Below are positions 23,013-37,300 of a DNA stretch of 64,000 nt, piece by piece (position 1 is the first letter of the stretch; the number at the start of each line of letters is the position of its first letter). The notes beneath the pieces are model-generated. The model saw only the letters and a list, made by a program, of their open reading frames with translations, made no database searches and had not been told where the DNA came from. A program made the translations under genes and the position numbers. Source of the DNA: Botryllus schlosseri (taxonomy: Eukaryota); NCBI GenBank assembly GCA_051294905.1, contig CM119372.1:12772001-12836000 (forward strand), given 5' to 3'.

Positions 23013-25686
23013 GCGTAATCATAATAAAGAATATCGGTCTGGTTTAAATGACCATTGGAGTCGGAGAACCTCTCGAATACCACAAACAACAGCAGGCATT
23101 TGACATGGACGTGCAGCCGTGGCTATATACATACCCGATGCAGAACCTTCTGGTTCAATCAGACCAGCATACTCGATCCGCAGGTATATTCCTGAGCACA
23201 CATAGAAACAAATTCCTATAATTAATCGATTTGAACCCGGCTTCGGTCAATTAGTAAAGGAGCGTGGGTACAAATTAACATGTTCATTGCTCATACCGGA
23301 GCTGCTGGAATTTTTGTCGACGAATGCCTCGTCTCAATTGCGAATTTGCGAAGTACTTTCATATTAGGATCATTTCTGTACATTATTTACCACCGTTTAC
23401 ACACGTAGGACATCCAATGATGCCCCGACGCCGTTATCATATTATGTGATATAACTTCGTCACGATTTTTTTCTGACAAGACTTCTCCTCGCCGCCGCGA
23501 AATACGATGATGCGAAGCGATGTGAAATTGTTTCGTTCGGGGTCACGGATAAGCATGTTTATTCTATTACTTGAGTTTCGAAATATCTCTCCCCCTCCAT
23601 TCTATCTGGGCTTCTACGAAGAGATGGGCCTAATAGAGCCACTTATTTTAAAACTTTATGTATTTGATTTTGTAGCAGATTAGGTTAGACTTGGTGCGTT
23701 TGTCATATTCACTGCTTTTATCATGAATATTGCATATGGCCTTGGGAAAACGGAACATTGTTCTCAAACACAATCAAATACGCAAACATAAAAGCGCAGT
23801 ACCGCGAACTTATGACAAACTATATGTAGTTCCGCGGGTGCCAATTTAGCTAATGTAGGCGTATATTCCCCACCTCCAACTATATTCATGGCATTTCTTA
23901 GTTCTTACACAGAAGGTATAAGTGCAAAACGAATCCTAGATCTGATTTTAATATTATGTACTTGTAAGGCAACATGATCACACTGCAAGATACTAGATCA
24001 AATATTTTCGGAGATAGTATTCACACTCGTCTGAATATGAGATTCATCCAAGAACGGCAGGTCAGTCCTGAGGGGATTAATTAAAATATTAACGGTCGTC
24101 TCCAGAATGACCTTCATACAACGAGAAATATTTGTCGATTAACTATATTTGTAATGTGATATAGTCAGGGTTGCCATACCGTCCTTATTTCTAAGATTTG
24201 TCCTTATTTTGAAGGGTCATGTCTTAGAAATCTCAACTGTCCTTATTTCTAAGAAATGTCCTTATTTTCGACTTGCGTCCTTATTTTGTCTTATTTTTAA
24301 CCACTACAGAACTCCGATCGTTTTCCTCTGATATCTGTGTTGCATATTATTCTAAAATTATGCTTTTGCGTGGAGATTTTATGACATCATAAATGAAAGG
24401 AACTCTCGTGTCGTACACATCACAAGATTTGACTTCTAAGTGGTGAGATAGCTAGGGCAGTGGGTGGTATAGCAGTTTCGTGAGTACCAAGCTACCGCAG
24501 CGGACGTCATGTTAGCAGTAAACAGCAGTACCAGGTTCCTGCTTTTTGGTCTACAGCAGAATAAGCTCAAGCTGTGGCCTGTGGGGAAGGCAGCATTTAT
24601 TGCTCAGTGCAAAAGGCGAAGGGCAGTCGACACATTGATTAAACAGTAGTAAAGCTATAAATCTTTGATATATTTATCTAAATTATACTGCACTTGCGCA
24701 TATAGTTTTAGCTACTAATAACGCTAAATCTGATTAGTTAAAATGAGCAGGCGTAAAAACGTTTTTCATGACGATTAGGAGAGAGAATTAAAAAATATCT
24801 AACGAGGCTTGAAGGCGAGTGTTTCGCACATTGCAATATCTGCCACTGCGACATTAACCTGGAGGCTATGGAAAAGACCGCTATTTCAACTCACATTGGT
24901 ACCCCAAAACACAAGAAGCGTGTCATAATAATTAATTTGAGCCAGTCCATGAATAATTTTTCCACTAGTCGATCAACACCAACGACCACAGACTACAAGG
25001 CAGCTGCTGCTGAGGGTAGCTGGGCATTCCATACTGTCAAACAGGGCTGTGGAGTCGGTAAATTTTACCACCGACTCCGGCTCCGACTCCGACTGCACAC
25101 ATTTTCAATATACCGACTCCGACTCCGACTCCGACTCCTGGGTTTTTAAACGTACCGACTCCGACTCCGACTCCCGACTCCGACTCCAGCATTATTATCA
25201 ATTTACTGCGAAAATTATATGCCACATTGTCGGCTGAATGACTATCATACAACCATTAAACATATGCAAACATATGATTAACTGTGGCATTGTGGCACAG
25301 CTCGAATTATCCACTATATGCAATTAACATGAAATAAAGATTTGCTAAATATCCTTCCTTATTCAAATTTTTATAACATGGACTCTCTAATATCCTGAAA
25401 TGTATGAATCATTCAAATATGGCAGATATCCAATCCTGTAAAATAAAAATGTAGATAAAAAATCCAAGTGCAGCTCTTGTGTATGACTCAGCAACTAATA
25501 AAGAAATTGAACTTACTAATTTTGTCATTGCACACTATCCTGATTACAAGCACAAACACTCTTACTACTAATAATAGACATTGGTCATAAATGGAATTTA
25601 GTTAAGTAGTCAAAGACCATAGCCTATGTCTTGTCTACATGTACTTAATCAAGTATTCAAGGATTGGGACTTGCAGTCTTTCTTAA

Positions 25687-26450
25687 AGGGGCACTGCACT
25701 CAAAAAATGATGTGGTCTCAAATTGAAGAGCAGAACGAAAAAAAAATTTTGGCCGCAGCCGTTTTCTTCAGAACGCCACCGTAATGGAGCTGCAATTTAT
25801 TGAAATTTCCAGAGTTGCAGCAGTCGCGGCTCCGGATAATCTCTTAACCCGTTACATGGCACGATGACTTCATCGTCGCACTTGCTCGACGCGATTACGC
25901 AGTCACGCAGAGGACGAGCTTCAGATAGTTGTCAGCCGATGTTCTGAAGCAAATATGTCTAACAAATATCATGTATCTGTATCTTCCGCAAGACCACTAC
26001 TCCAAAGGTTGTGCACTGTGCAGTCAATAATACATCTTGAAAATGACAGCTGTATCTGCATCAATATACAACTGTAACGGCATCTCAGTATCATTCAACT
26101 GGCAAATACTATAGAGTCGTGACAAGCTCCAGACACAAATCCTCCTGACCTAACACCGTACGTTGAGCGCCGCCTTGGTGTGCAAGACATGAGTCATTCA
26201 TAACATCGACTGACAACTATCTAAAGTTCGTCCTCTGCGTAATCGCGTCGAGCAAGTGCGACGATGAAGTCATCGTGCCATGTAACGGGTTAAGAGATTA
26301 TCCGGAGCCGCGACTGCTGCAACTCTGGAAATTTCAATAAATTGCAGCTCCATTACGGTGGCGTTCTGAAGAAAACGGCTGCGGCCAAAATTTTTTTTTC
26401 GTTCTGCTCTTCAATTTGAGACCACATCATTTTTTGAGTGCAGTGCCCCT
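25687..26450. mobile_element. Kolobok-like non-autonomous element with about 250-bp TIRs
   Basis: TTAA|AGGGGCACTG...CAGTGCCCCT|TTAA (RR..YY termini, TTAA TSD); arms about 25687-25943 and 26202-26450 nearly identical. Confidence 0.8.
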
Positions 26451-26710
26451 TTAATCATTTGTTTGACCCAAACAGCTAAGCTACACTACAAATATTTTTA
26501 ATTTTGTCAAGTGGGAAGCATCGTTTGGTCATATTTACATCATTTTTACAATTTTACAAAACCAGCCGATGCATTTTCTCTGTCACAGTATCATGGTATA
26601 ATTCCAAAAATTGTATCAATTTTTACTGCATCGCGAAAACGCATATTGCGATTTTCTTCCCCTGTGCAAATGAGTTGTAATTTGCAACTAATGTCTAATT
26701 TTATCTATAT

Positions 26711-27552
26711 CAGGAGTGGGCAACTTTTTCGGCGAAAGGGACACCTGAGATTTACGAACCATTGCGCGGGCAACTGGAATGTTGATAACCTTTTTTAGTC
26801 GTCGATAGGAGCGAACCGAATTCGGTAACATTACAAACAAGACTTATATTAATACGCTCTAAAATTGATAACAATATGTCATGCAAGTGTGCAGTGCGCC
26901 CCATCAGGCCCTGGTCGCGCGAAGCGCGAAATTTTTTTGCAAAATAACGACTGAATTAGGCTATAGCTATATCAAAAAATATGTCGCTAACATAAATTGG
27001 GGGTCGCATCTGTATACCACTGGGCTCATTTGAAAAGGACAGGATTATTCGACGTTTAGACATAGCATAATCGACGGTATCAATGAACATGCATCTATCA
27101 TTATGTGCAAATGTTTTGTCGACGATCTCACTGCGAATGCACAAGCGAAGCCGTATCTCCTAATTGCGAATATAGTTAAACTCAATTCTGTGCATAATAT
27201 GTATTTACAATTTTCAGAAGGGGGCTCAAATACTGAATGCAAGAAATCTAGTGACAATGAATCATACGAAGGACCGAGAAAAATTTCAAGTCAAATAAAT
27301 CTGCTGTGAAATATTCTACTTCATGGTCATATACGAAGATCTGGGATAAATGTGGCTGACCCCTGGATACGTCAATGCGTCAGAACTGTTGTTTTAGTCA
27401 TCATCAAATTTCGCGGTCATGCTAATCAAATTTTAGTTGGCCTTGCAATTGTACCTGCATGTCATAAATAATTTCGAGAATTACTTCGCAGGCCACACCT
27501 AACCTTCTCGTGTGCCAAATTTGGCCTGCGTGCCACGGGCTGGCCGCACCTG
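26711..27552. mobile_element. hAT (Charlie-type) derivative nested in 25042-27827
   Basis: CAGGAGTGGGCAAC...GGCCGCACCTG; TSD ATCTATAT/ATCTGTAT; minus-strand remnant RSSTKHLHIM..LIPSI resembles a hAT C-terminus. Confidence 0.7.
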
Positions 27553-30500
27553 ATCTGTATGGTTAATAATTACAGTGATTGGTGGTACATATAAATTTTA
27601 TTGAAAATTCTTTGAAAGAAAATGTTTTCATGATAGAGAAGTTGGAGTCGGAGTCGAAGTCATAGTCAATCTCACAAACTCCGACTCCGACTCCAGTCAG
27701 TATTTTCCCACCGACTCCGACTCCGACTCTGACTCCAGCTATTATAGTTTTCACGACTCCGACTCCGACTCCGACTCCATCAAGCGAAAATTACCCCGAC
27801 TCCGACTCCTCCGACTCCACAGCCCTGCTGTCAAACACCAGCAATCATTCCTCGCCAACGATTGCACGTCGCAATTGTTCAAAGCAATATTCCCCGATTC
27901 CAACATCGCAAACAAGATTTCTGCGGCCAGGACCAAGACTACAAGCATTGTCACTGGAATTCTTGCTCCACCAGCTCAAAAAATGATTTTGTCGTAACTT
28001 GGTGTAGATCATTTTTCCATCTTGGTTGACGCCTCTAATCACAACGAGATGAAGAAGTTTGGTTTATCACCCTATAGAGGGGGGCAAGACCAACGTTTTT
28101 TTTTGGGTGGGGTGGGGTGGGGCTGACGAAGTGGTGTTCCGGCCCTGAGTAAAGGTAAACCTAGACCTGAGCTGTCGTGAGATCCATGAAACACTTTCTA
28201 ATAACAAAGGAGTTGTTGGAGCAGATTGTTTCTGGCGAAAAGTATGGAATGTGATATCCCACGGCTCGTATAAATACGAAGTATGTGCAAAAACGCTTTT
28301 TTCATGCTAATCTAATTTTTTCGACTGTCCTTATTTTTGGGTCGATGTCGATGGCAACCCTGGATATAGTGCTGATAGCGCGTCTACGGGTCTCCTGATG
28401 CGACGCAATAAGTATTATAAACATGTCCTTTGCTATACAGAAACGTTTTCGGCAACAGAATATGACGACTTGAAGTTGAACAATGATCCATTGACTGAAG
28501 TCTGCATTCTGCAAATCGATATAGAAGCTCCTCGCAGTCGAATGTAATAAGATATTCAAAATGATGCGAGATTCTCAGGACATTGCCAGCAGAATCTCAC
28601 GGTATTTCGTCAATCGTCAATTACGACGAATGTGTTCCTTGGTTAATTTTAGTTCTGGTTGCCGCATCAGCGAAACGTCATGGGCGTAGCACTCTCTTCT
28701 GTGTTGGTCGCCTGGTCAGTGGTCATGCGCATGTGGTTGCACTGTGTTCCTGTATGTTCGAGTTTCGGCGTATGCCGTATCGTACAGATGTTTCACTGTG
28801 GAGTGTGCGGTACGGCTCGTGTTAGTGGGAGTCATGGATAGGTCTCGAATGACTGCATGGGATAAACGGGTATAATGGACGCCGGTGCCGTGTGAACCCC
28901 AGAAGAACACTGGAGGCTCATTACACAATCACGGATAATAATCAATGCCGTGTGTAGACTGTAGAGTCTTAATTCTGAATATCGAGGCCAATATGAGTTT
29001 ACATAATTCAAAATATCTGCTAGGTTAGCAGTAAAATATTGTCGATAAAACACTTAGAGGGAGGCTGTGTACTGTACGAGCGTACCATTCGCTTTATTTG
29101 CATTACGATACCTAGGCTACTCCGTACCCACACGGAGCTACATTTATAAACATATACACTTTCAATACGAACAACTTAGTAAAAAATACGATTAAAACAG
29201 TCGTTAGCATTTGGTGACATTACATCCGTTTATTTCTTAGAACCAATGTACAAAAACCTAATCCTGCTATGGTATCAAGTTGGTGGCCTGTCTTCGGTAC
29301 CATCTGATGTTATAATTTCGTGAACTATTTTGATCAGGGACTCTCGACATACATAGGATCAAGAAAATTACAGCAACTGCAGAGCAGTAGTTCTTATCCT
29401 TTCCTCTATGTCGCCCAGGTGCCCCCTTAAGTAAGCATGCTTTGCTTCAACCCCCAATTTAAATGAAGACTAGATGCGAACGTGGCTCCCGTGGATATCT
29501 TAATAACGCCTAACACTCTGATGGGATATTCAACACTGCTTCGTTTCCTTGCGACCAAATTCTTTATTTGCGATGAACAACTTAATAATCATTCAACTTC
29601 TTGTACTTAGTCTTAATATCAAGACTAGAAAGAAAATACCACTTTGCTGAGACACGGGATCCAGACAGAATATGGGTCCGAACAGCATGGTTTGGTGCAA
29701 ATTTATTTTTAGAAAATATTAATGACGTTATTTTGAGTCTCTGATGAACTTTCAAGCTTCTCATATTTCACCTATATACCGGCTGAATATTTGATAAACC
29801 AGTTCCTCAGTCATAGCTAGCTTCCTAATGCGTAACAGGCCGTTGAGGCGTTGAGGATTATTTCATCAGCACGGTACTATAATGTCACTGAATGATTAAG
29901 AATACTTGTTAAGATCGTGACATAGTTTTCACATGCAAGGATACTTGCGAGAATGCGAGCCCGATTGTTGAGTGAATTACGTTGAAGAACAAGCCAGGAT
30001 TCGTGTCCCCTGAAGATCGGTTTACGCCCCTAATCTAGTGGGCCCCGGTTCAGAAGCACTGCTGTTGTCTTCGTCAAAGTAACGTTTATTCAAATACCGG
30101 CGACGAGGTTTCCCATCTCAAATCTACGTAATTGTATGTATTGTATTATAGTCTCATAGGCGACATGATAAGTACCGACAAACAGAAAGCGTAACAAATC
30201 GTGTTGGCATAATATCGATCAACCTTCCACGGCCTGTAGCAAAAACAATTGTTCCGCTAATTTTAGTTTTAAATATTCAGCCCTGACAGCCGAATAATGT
30301 TCTATCATGTTGAAAGCTTCTCAGGACAGCTGATCCGGAAGCAAAACGATTCTGAGATCGATAACACCCGATTCATGGCTTAAAAACAAGTATAGAGAGT
30401 TAAAATAGCCCATTCCCTTTGACGACTTTGTCCAATGAGCATTGCTGACTGACGTAAACCGCGTAGTTGGGAGTAAAAATAGGATCATCAAAGAACGCAC

Positions 30501-31938
30501 GCAATCTTGTTATACACTTGGTAAAATATTCATAACGATACCTCCTTGAGATGTTTAACTAATTGGTAGAAAGGGATGGAATTGTAAAAGCAACTCTGGG
30601 ACTGGGACCCATGAACGGACTCGGAAAGTTGCAAATGCACAATGTCCTACTCTGTCGGTTTTAGCCGGACGATATAAGTGCGAATGAGTCACGATAATTC
30701 AATAGTAATTTACTAAAACAGTATCAGCGTGCTTAAAACTCCTTTGTTAAAAAGTCGATTTAAATTCGGGCATGGCGTATGAGTGCATGCTGATAATGGG
30801 CGAAAGTATGCGCAACCAGACGTCGAGATACATCCATTAATACACCCATCTGGTCATAAACCGTTAGGTTTAAACAATAAAATCGTATAATAAATCTGGT
30901 ATATCTCATTTCATCGAAACGTAACGGGTAATTAGTTGTCTGGCGTCGATTGAAAACACTTTCAGGTCCCGATACTGTCGTAATGGGAATACGCTGGCCA
31001 ATATGATTCAATCACACCGGTTTGGTAACACTCGTTTTATAGCGCAAGTCGATTCATTGATATTCATGATATAACCCCTTATGCAATACGCATGTCAAAA
31101 GGGTAGGGATATAACTATCTACTATGCATGTTATGATAGATAAATATATACAGTATGTGAGGCTTTTCATAGACACAGATCATTTCGTCGACGAGCTATT
31201 ATAAGTTCGCACCATTGAAATTTCAAGGAGTGCGTTAGGATTTTATGAGAATGAGGCGCATCACCTACTCTGACAACACTCTTGCTTGTATTGGCGGATT
31301 TGTGTTGTCATCGTTTCATTACTATATTTTAGAAGGTATGTATAAAAATTTCCATACCATACCGTATAATGGCACATTTCGATATTCCAAACCGATATTT
31401 CGTTCCATACCATACCATATCATACCTTACCCAGGCTGTCATCATATTGTTCATTCTGATAGACGATACACGTATTATAACCAAAACGGAAATAGTCAGC
31501 TTGTTTTTTACTGATAAAGTTACACAGCTGGTATAGATTGCGGCATATTTGAAAATACGCTAAGTTGAAAATGACAATGCTTTTATATCACGGAATTCGG
31601 GTCAGGTAAGTTATTTGGGTCTTCTTGGAGCAACAAATCCACATCACTGGTGTCAGGTCGAGCGGTGGCGTATGACGACGGTCGGTGCAGCCCTCCACCA
31701 AGCTAAAAACAGAAAACAGCAGAGTTGGTCCATGATCATTGATAGGTATCCTACTGTTTCTGAATACGGAAGTATATAGGCCTGAATTTGTAATTTGCAT
31801 GCATTATTGCACTGCTATAGCTATTCTCGATCAGTTTTTACATCAGACGACTGTCTCTTCAAGTCGAATTGTGCCTGAAGTCGATATAATTCTTTTCAAC
31901 TTGTCAAATTTCATTACAAAGAATGAGAGTGCTTATGG

Positions 31939-32416
31939 GAGTATAGTTTCCAAACTTTTTTGGCCGGTGGTACACTAGCAAAAAATTATAAAGTACTCGC
32001 GGAACACTTACAAGAAACTGTCTTTTCGCAAAAAAAAGCTACGTGGCAATGCGATAACCATGCCTATTGATACGAACATATATACGACCGAAACGAGGCT
32101 GCATTGCTGACAAACGTAACCAAGTTTTGTCGTCCATTATAAGCAGTCTCACTCACGTATGGCCTTTATTTTCAGTTAAAACAGAAAAGCTATGTTTACA
32201 TAGTAATGATGTAGATGCACAATGCACATGAGAATAAAGTCCCGATTGCTTTTGCACCCATGGTAAAGGATTTGGAAGGAGACAGCCATTGAGCTGTTTT
32301 TCTGCAGAATAATTGCTTGATTCACTGCTTCGAAAATTACCAAATATATTCGCGGCACACCTTAGAAAGTGCAGAGGCACACTAACGTGCCGCGGCACAC
32401 AGTTTCGGAATCACAG
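31939..32416. mobile_element. Degenerate hAT (Charlie-type) MITE
   Basis: ..TTTCCAAAC / GTTTCGGAATCACAG ends, TSD GCTTATGG/GCTTATGC, GCGGCACAC subterminal motifs, LCKHSFSVL remnant. Confidence 0.65.
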
Positions 32417-32734
32417 GCTTATGCACTCGGCTGCATCCGATCCCAAATTCACGAACGAAAGTCTGGCATGACAAGAGAGTATTTGCAAGAGGGTAAATTT
32501 TGTATTGAGACACGGACATTACCACGCTGTATAGGACCATAGCATACTTCTTCTAGGGTAGATACAGAGATGAAATTCGTCGTTTTCAGTCCGTGAGCCA
32601 CATTCGGAGGCTAGTACTAATACATGTAAATATTCCGCTGTCTGCTGTTTGCTCGTGGTATATAGCCTTTAGTGCGGGGCGGATCGACGAATTCTCTGGT
32701 CCGACTCCAATCAATCAATCAGGTTTATTAATAT

Positions 32735-32870
32735 TTTCATCGTTTCAAAACATCACAAGACTGCGATACAATGAAAAGATAGGAAGGTGTCGAAACAACT
32801 TGGAGTAGCCTTTAAGATCAGACACCCACCTTAGCCCAGGCAAAGTAAATAAGAGACATGCACAGATTGC
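32735..32870 (-). mobile_element. LINE 3' UTR fragment (further fragments at about 15290-15420 minus and 17830-17930 plus)
   Basis: Reverse complement matches the GGTGGGTGTC..GACTACTCC..TCGAC..CTTCCTATCTTTTCATTGTATC UTR of the copy at 18006. Confidence 0.7.
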
Positions 32871-33802
32871 ACACTGAATGAAACGTAATGCAGAGAATAT
32901 AAGACGCAAGGGGGACGGATTCTTGAAATGACCGAGATCCGATCCGAAAATCTCCCATAATACACACCGATCATTCGGTAGGCTACGGATCAAGATTTTA
33001 TATTGCATATTGCAACAAAAGAGACATGACAATAAAAACTGATAGCTATTGAACACGGGTATGTATTGGAGGTTACTGACATATGGCGAGTTTACATCAG
33101 TCATGCTCATCAATGGTAGCCTCCATAGCGATTCTGACCGTATAAAAAAGTACGAATCCGGCTCCAATCGCATCAAAAAAAAAATACGAATCTGGCTCGG
33201 GTCAAAAGTGAAAAAATTCAGCCGATATCCAGTCCATGTCCCGGTCTAAAATCCTTTACCTGACAGGAAAGACATTGGTTCCATTCGTACATGAGCAGCA
33301 GACCAAATATCGAACTGTCAATGAATGATTTTCAGTCGCCGATGTATTTCCGCGATGAAAGATGGTTCACAGAAGAGCTTTCTGAACTAATATAAGTCAG
33401 CTCATTGCATATTTATTCGCCCCGGAAGGTGGAAATTCTCGAACATTATTAACATTTTGCGACAGTCAGAAAGGATCCGGCGCACGTAGGCTATAGCTTG
33501 CAACATGGCGTGAGACACCGTACGTTCAGTATGTAAAGGTATGCCATATGCGCATGCGTAGTGTATTTCACCATCGCATGATACTCATAAACTTCTCGCA
33601 GTTGTACACCGCAGGAACTGGTAATGGGCAGGTACCGATCAAATCTACCTGTAATTATAGTTTATGATGTCTATTGGTGTTGAAGACAACATCACCTACG
33701 CGACGGTGCACGCCAAAATTAAACTATTTAACATTAAATCAAGTATCAGGATATCATCGACTTCGATAACGACACGCGTCGATTCTATTTGTCACAAGAA
33801 TG

Positions 33803-34113
33803 GGACGTTCTATGTTTTTGTCCTTGATGTTTTTGCGGCATATACACCGACTCATGAAATACAAATACACACGATCTGTGCATACTGCATAAGCATTCCA
33901 TGAATGCATGATGTGCACATGGCACTGGACAAGGAAGGTGCAGAAATAGCCTTGTAATGCTTTCTAAGTCTCGCACCACCCCTCCATATGCTATCCCGTT
34001 AATTCTGACCGCCAAGCCGGGAAGCCATAGATACGAGTGTTACTAATCAGGTCTTTGGTCTGACCAGGCCGGGAACCAAGAAGCCGGACGCTCCCCCATT
34101 ACACGATCTTGTC
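33803..34113 (-). mobile_element. tRNA-derived SINE family 1 copy (B-box region deleted)
   Basis: Collinear reverse complement of 16294-16613. Confidence 0.8.
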
Positions 34114-34307
34114 GGTCGGATATGCTGGGTATGGGTCTTGATTTTAACGGAGGACTTCGAAGTCTGGATACACTCCCGACCGGATGAATGATTACTACCG
34201 ACTGATTGAACACTATTATGGTCTCGAGATTACCAGACCACCATCTGACATATATATTTCGCCTGCCGACATGCACCGCTTCATTTTCATCGTTTATACT
34301 TGTAATG

Positions 34308-37300
34308 TTATCTTCCGTTGATTGAAATACTAATCAAAGGTATTTCGACTCTTCGACTCTTTTCATTTTATCACAATTTTGACGTCTTTTGAAATGATGA
34401 AGTTATCAATAAAAACTGAATTGAATTACCGGATAGGGACGCGGAGTCGGCGAATGGGAAGCTCAAATCCGTAACGGGACTTGAATGTAATATATCCGTA
34501 GATTCGATGTGACTGAGACGCAATTCAATAGAACTATAGCGTCGCAAGTGGTGCATTGTGACTGTGAGCAACAAAACTAGACTCGCTTATACAGACCTGG
34601 TCTGGTTCAGAACCGGGTAGCAATGCTTCAAACCAATCTGAATTTGCGTACGGCACCCCCCCCCCTCGCCGCGACCGGGACACTTCGGCGTATGCACTAA
34701 CGTCTCACCGCCACGTCCATAACGCGATCGCTTTTCAATTTGATTTCGATTGGATCGCCGAGGTCTGACAACATCTTGTTGGTTTCGGTCACGAGCTGCT
34801 TCCTGTGCTTTTCCTGCCGCAATCGTTCCTCTTCGGTGATAGTCATCATCCTGCGAACGGGTATACAGATTTCTCTGATAAAAAAACCGACCGTGTTCAC
34901 GTATGACCGTATGTCATACACTATTGGCGAAAAAAGTCCTAGTCAGTAATGAGGTATTCCTACATTTTAGAGTACTCGCGTACGTTTTGCCTACTTGTGC
35001 TACTGACTCAAGAAGTCACGTTTTAAGATTACCTCAACTTCCACTTAACAATTTCTAGGCAGAACGATACATCTTACACTTTTAATTTTGTAAAATAGAG
35101 AGCAGTTTTAGGGTACGTTTGCATCACTTTTACAATCGAAATTGTCATAACTGAGGCAGGTTTTTGTTGTAGTCAAATATGGGGCAAGTTGCACTTATGT
35201 TTGGCAAAAGTTGCACTAAAAAGGTTAGTTTATGGACAAGTTCTTTGAAAATATTAGGGTATGAGATACTAGAATCGATCCGTATGCAAGACACTGTAGC
35301 AAAACTAAGTGTTGGCGACTTCAACAAAATCAATAGCCTGAAAAAATTGACCCAGTGAAAATATAATTTTAGGCGGTTAAGCGTGAGTGTAGGTCAGATC
35401 AGAAAGGACCTCAAATTTAAACGATAGTGAAATAATCAAGCGATCTATATTTACATATAATGCCAAATATTTCCAGTAAAAACTGAGTTGCATAAAGAAT
35501 CGAAAAAACTTGCAAAAATTTGCATGAAAAATCGAAGAAGTTGCAATATAAGATTCCTCCAAACAGCTTAAAACACCATACTACATAACTTCTGAGTATT
35601 CAGGAAGCTGTCGGAAGTTGAAAAAAATTAGTTCCAGAAGTTGCAAAAACTTGCCCTAGTCATAACAATTGGACGTAACAGCCCCTATATCAAGGTAACT
35701 AAATTCATTTTCAAAAATTGCACATATTAAATGTATAGCGCCATTAGAGCAAGACGTTTTGCGTTAATCGCGAAGATTCACTTCGCAATAATCGAAATTA
35801 ATTGTCACCTTCGCCTGATTGCTAAAAGTCACCTGGATCAAATATACTTTTAGATTACTTCAGTATACTTTTCATGCCGTAACATTCCACTTCCAATTGA
35901 AATAGTTTTGATACGTCTTGAAAATCGCTACTTCTACTTGAACTATGAGTCGAAATTCACGGCGTTACTCTATACGTCTAGTTGAGTACTACGCTGACCA
36001 CTTTAACGACGAACTTGAGCATATAGTTCCGCAACAAATTCAGACGTAGTTGACACGAATGTTGTGGGATATTTCCTTCTACTATGACATACAGTGAACG
36101 AAGCTGAGCCCAAGAGACCTGGCGGTAAGCCATCTATTATAATTTAATCGTTTGATAATGTATCAGATCAAAGGAATCGAACTATATGTAAGAAACGGGA
36201 TTTTGCATCTCATTCGGTCTCATCCTGCATGAGCATGAGCATCTATGCGCCGAACGCTGTTGAAAATACAGTGCAATGACGCCGGGAATCATCGATAAAA
36301 TCAATTGCGAACGGAGATGAGACGCAATTCAAATGACACTGATCCTATGGATTATATTTGATAACATTCGACGAATTCCACAGTTCGTATTCACTTCAGA
36401 CGCGTGGGCGTGCGCATGTTGGGGCACGTACGAATAGAACGCTGGCGATAATCACCTTTCCCGGCGGGCATGGAGATCATTGACGACCTTCTTGGAACTC
36501 TGGATGACCTCCTGAAACGTCGGAGCCTGAGATGTACACGCAGAGACTCACCGTTAAGGAAATATACCCAAGAACGCACGAACTGAACGACTATTATAGC
36601 TATATATTTTACTATACGGAAAGGATATGGGTATTGTGAAATCTCTGTCCTTCGCATTCTCTGCCCGGTAATCGCATCGCCTTTTAGTTGTCGCATGTAA
36701 AGATACTGTGAGACCAGCGGGCTCCTGCCAGCAAGGTTGAACATGACCCGTTCGAAATCCGGTCCTGGTCCGGTTTGAGCTGATTCGGCTGTCACGGAAA
36801 TGCAAAGCATCGTGTATTAATGTATGAGTCGAATTTCAGCCTTACATACACGAACAATTTTCTAGCAGGGGCGAGGAGATATGATAAGGTCCTTGTCGTG
36901 AATTGAGTAAAGTAGCCTACACTGTTCGGCATTACGTGGACAATGGACATGTACTGACGTATAGGTAGAGAGTACAAACTGCACGTGGTCCTTCCGAATT
37001 GGGCGATAGATATGTGAGGGTAGCCCGCGTTCAAAATTGCGAGTGTCATGATAATGAGCCATTGAAAAGAACCGTAAAGTTACATTTAACCCTAACAACA
37101 AGTTAACCTTAGGTAATAACCTCTACCCAAACCGTAACACAATAACCTGACATAACGTGACCCTGCCTAAACCCAACCCGATATAACTCAACCTTCCGCT
37201 ATAGGAATCTCACATATCTTTGGCAGCGACTTTGTGATCTACCAGGATCTGATACAACAATGTTGGTAGAACGACGCTACGTGATATAGCATGAAACATA

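Larger units (their letters stand above)
25042..27827. mobile_element. hAT MITE with (CCGACT)n subterminal arrays, inserted into the outer transposase
   Basis: CAGGGCTGTGGAGTCG...CGACTCCACAGCCCTG; TSD CTGTCAAA at 25034-25041 and 27828-27835. Confidence 0.9.
24742..28070 (+). pseudogene. Disrupted hAT transposase N-terminal part, split by the 25042-27827 insertion
   Basis: Zn-finger-like AHCNICHCDINL..HIGTPKHKK; AAAEGSWAFHTVK|HQQSFLANDCTSQLFKAIFPDSNIA..ARTKTTSIV..FSILVDASNH (first catalytic D); contains stops and a frameshift. Confidence 0.85.
24166..28362 (+). mobile_element. Internally deleted hAT transposon (outer element of a nested stack)
   Basis: TIR CAGGGTTGCCAT...ATGGCAACCCTG; TSD GATATAGT at 24158-24165 and 28363-28370. 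Confidence 0.9.

Noticed and set aside
25037-27954. ESESE/GVGVG/TDSDS/RLRLR low-complexity ORFs
   Set aside because: Translations of the (CCGACT)n subterminal hexamer arrays of a hAT MITE; irregular and without unique spacers, so also not CRISPR.
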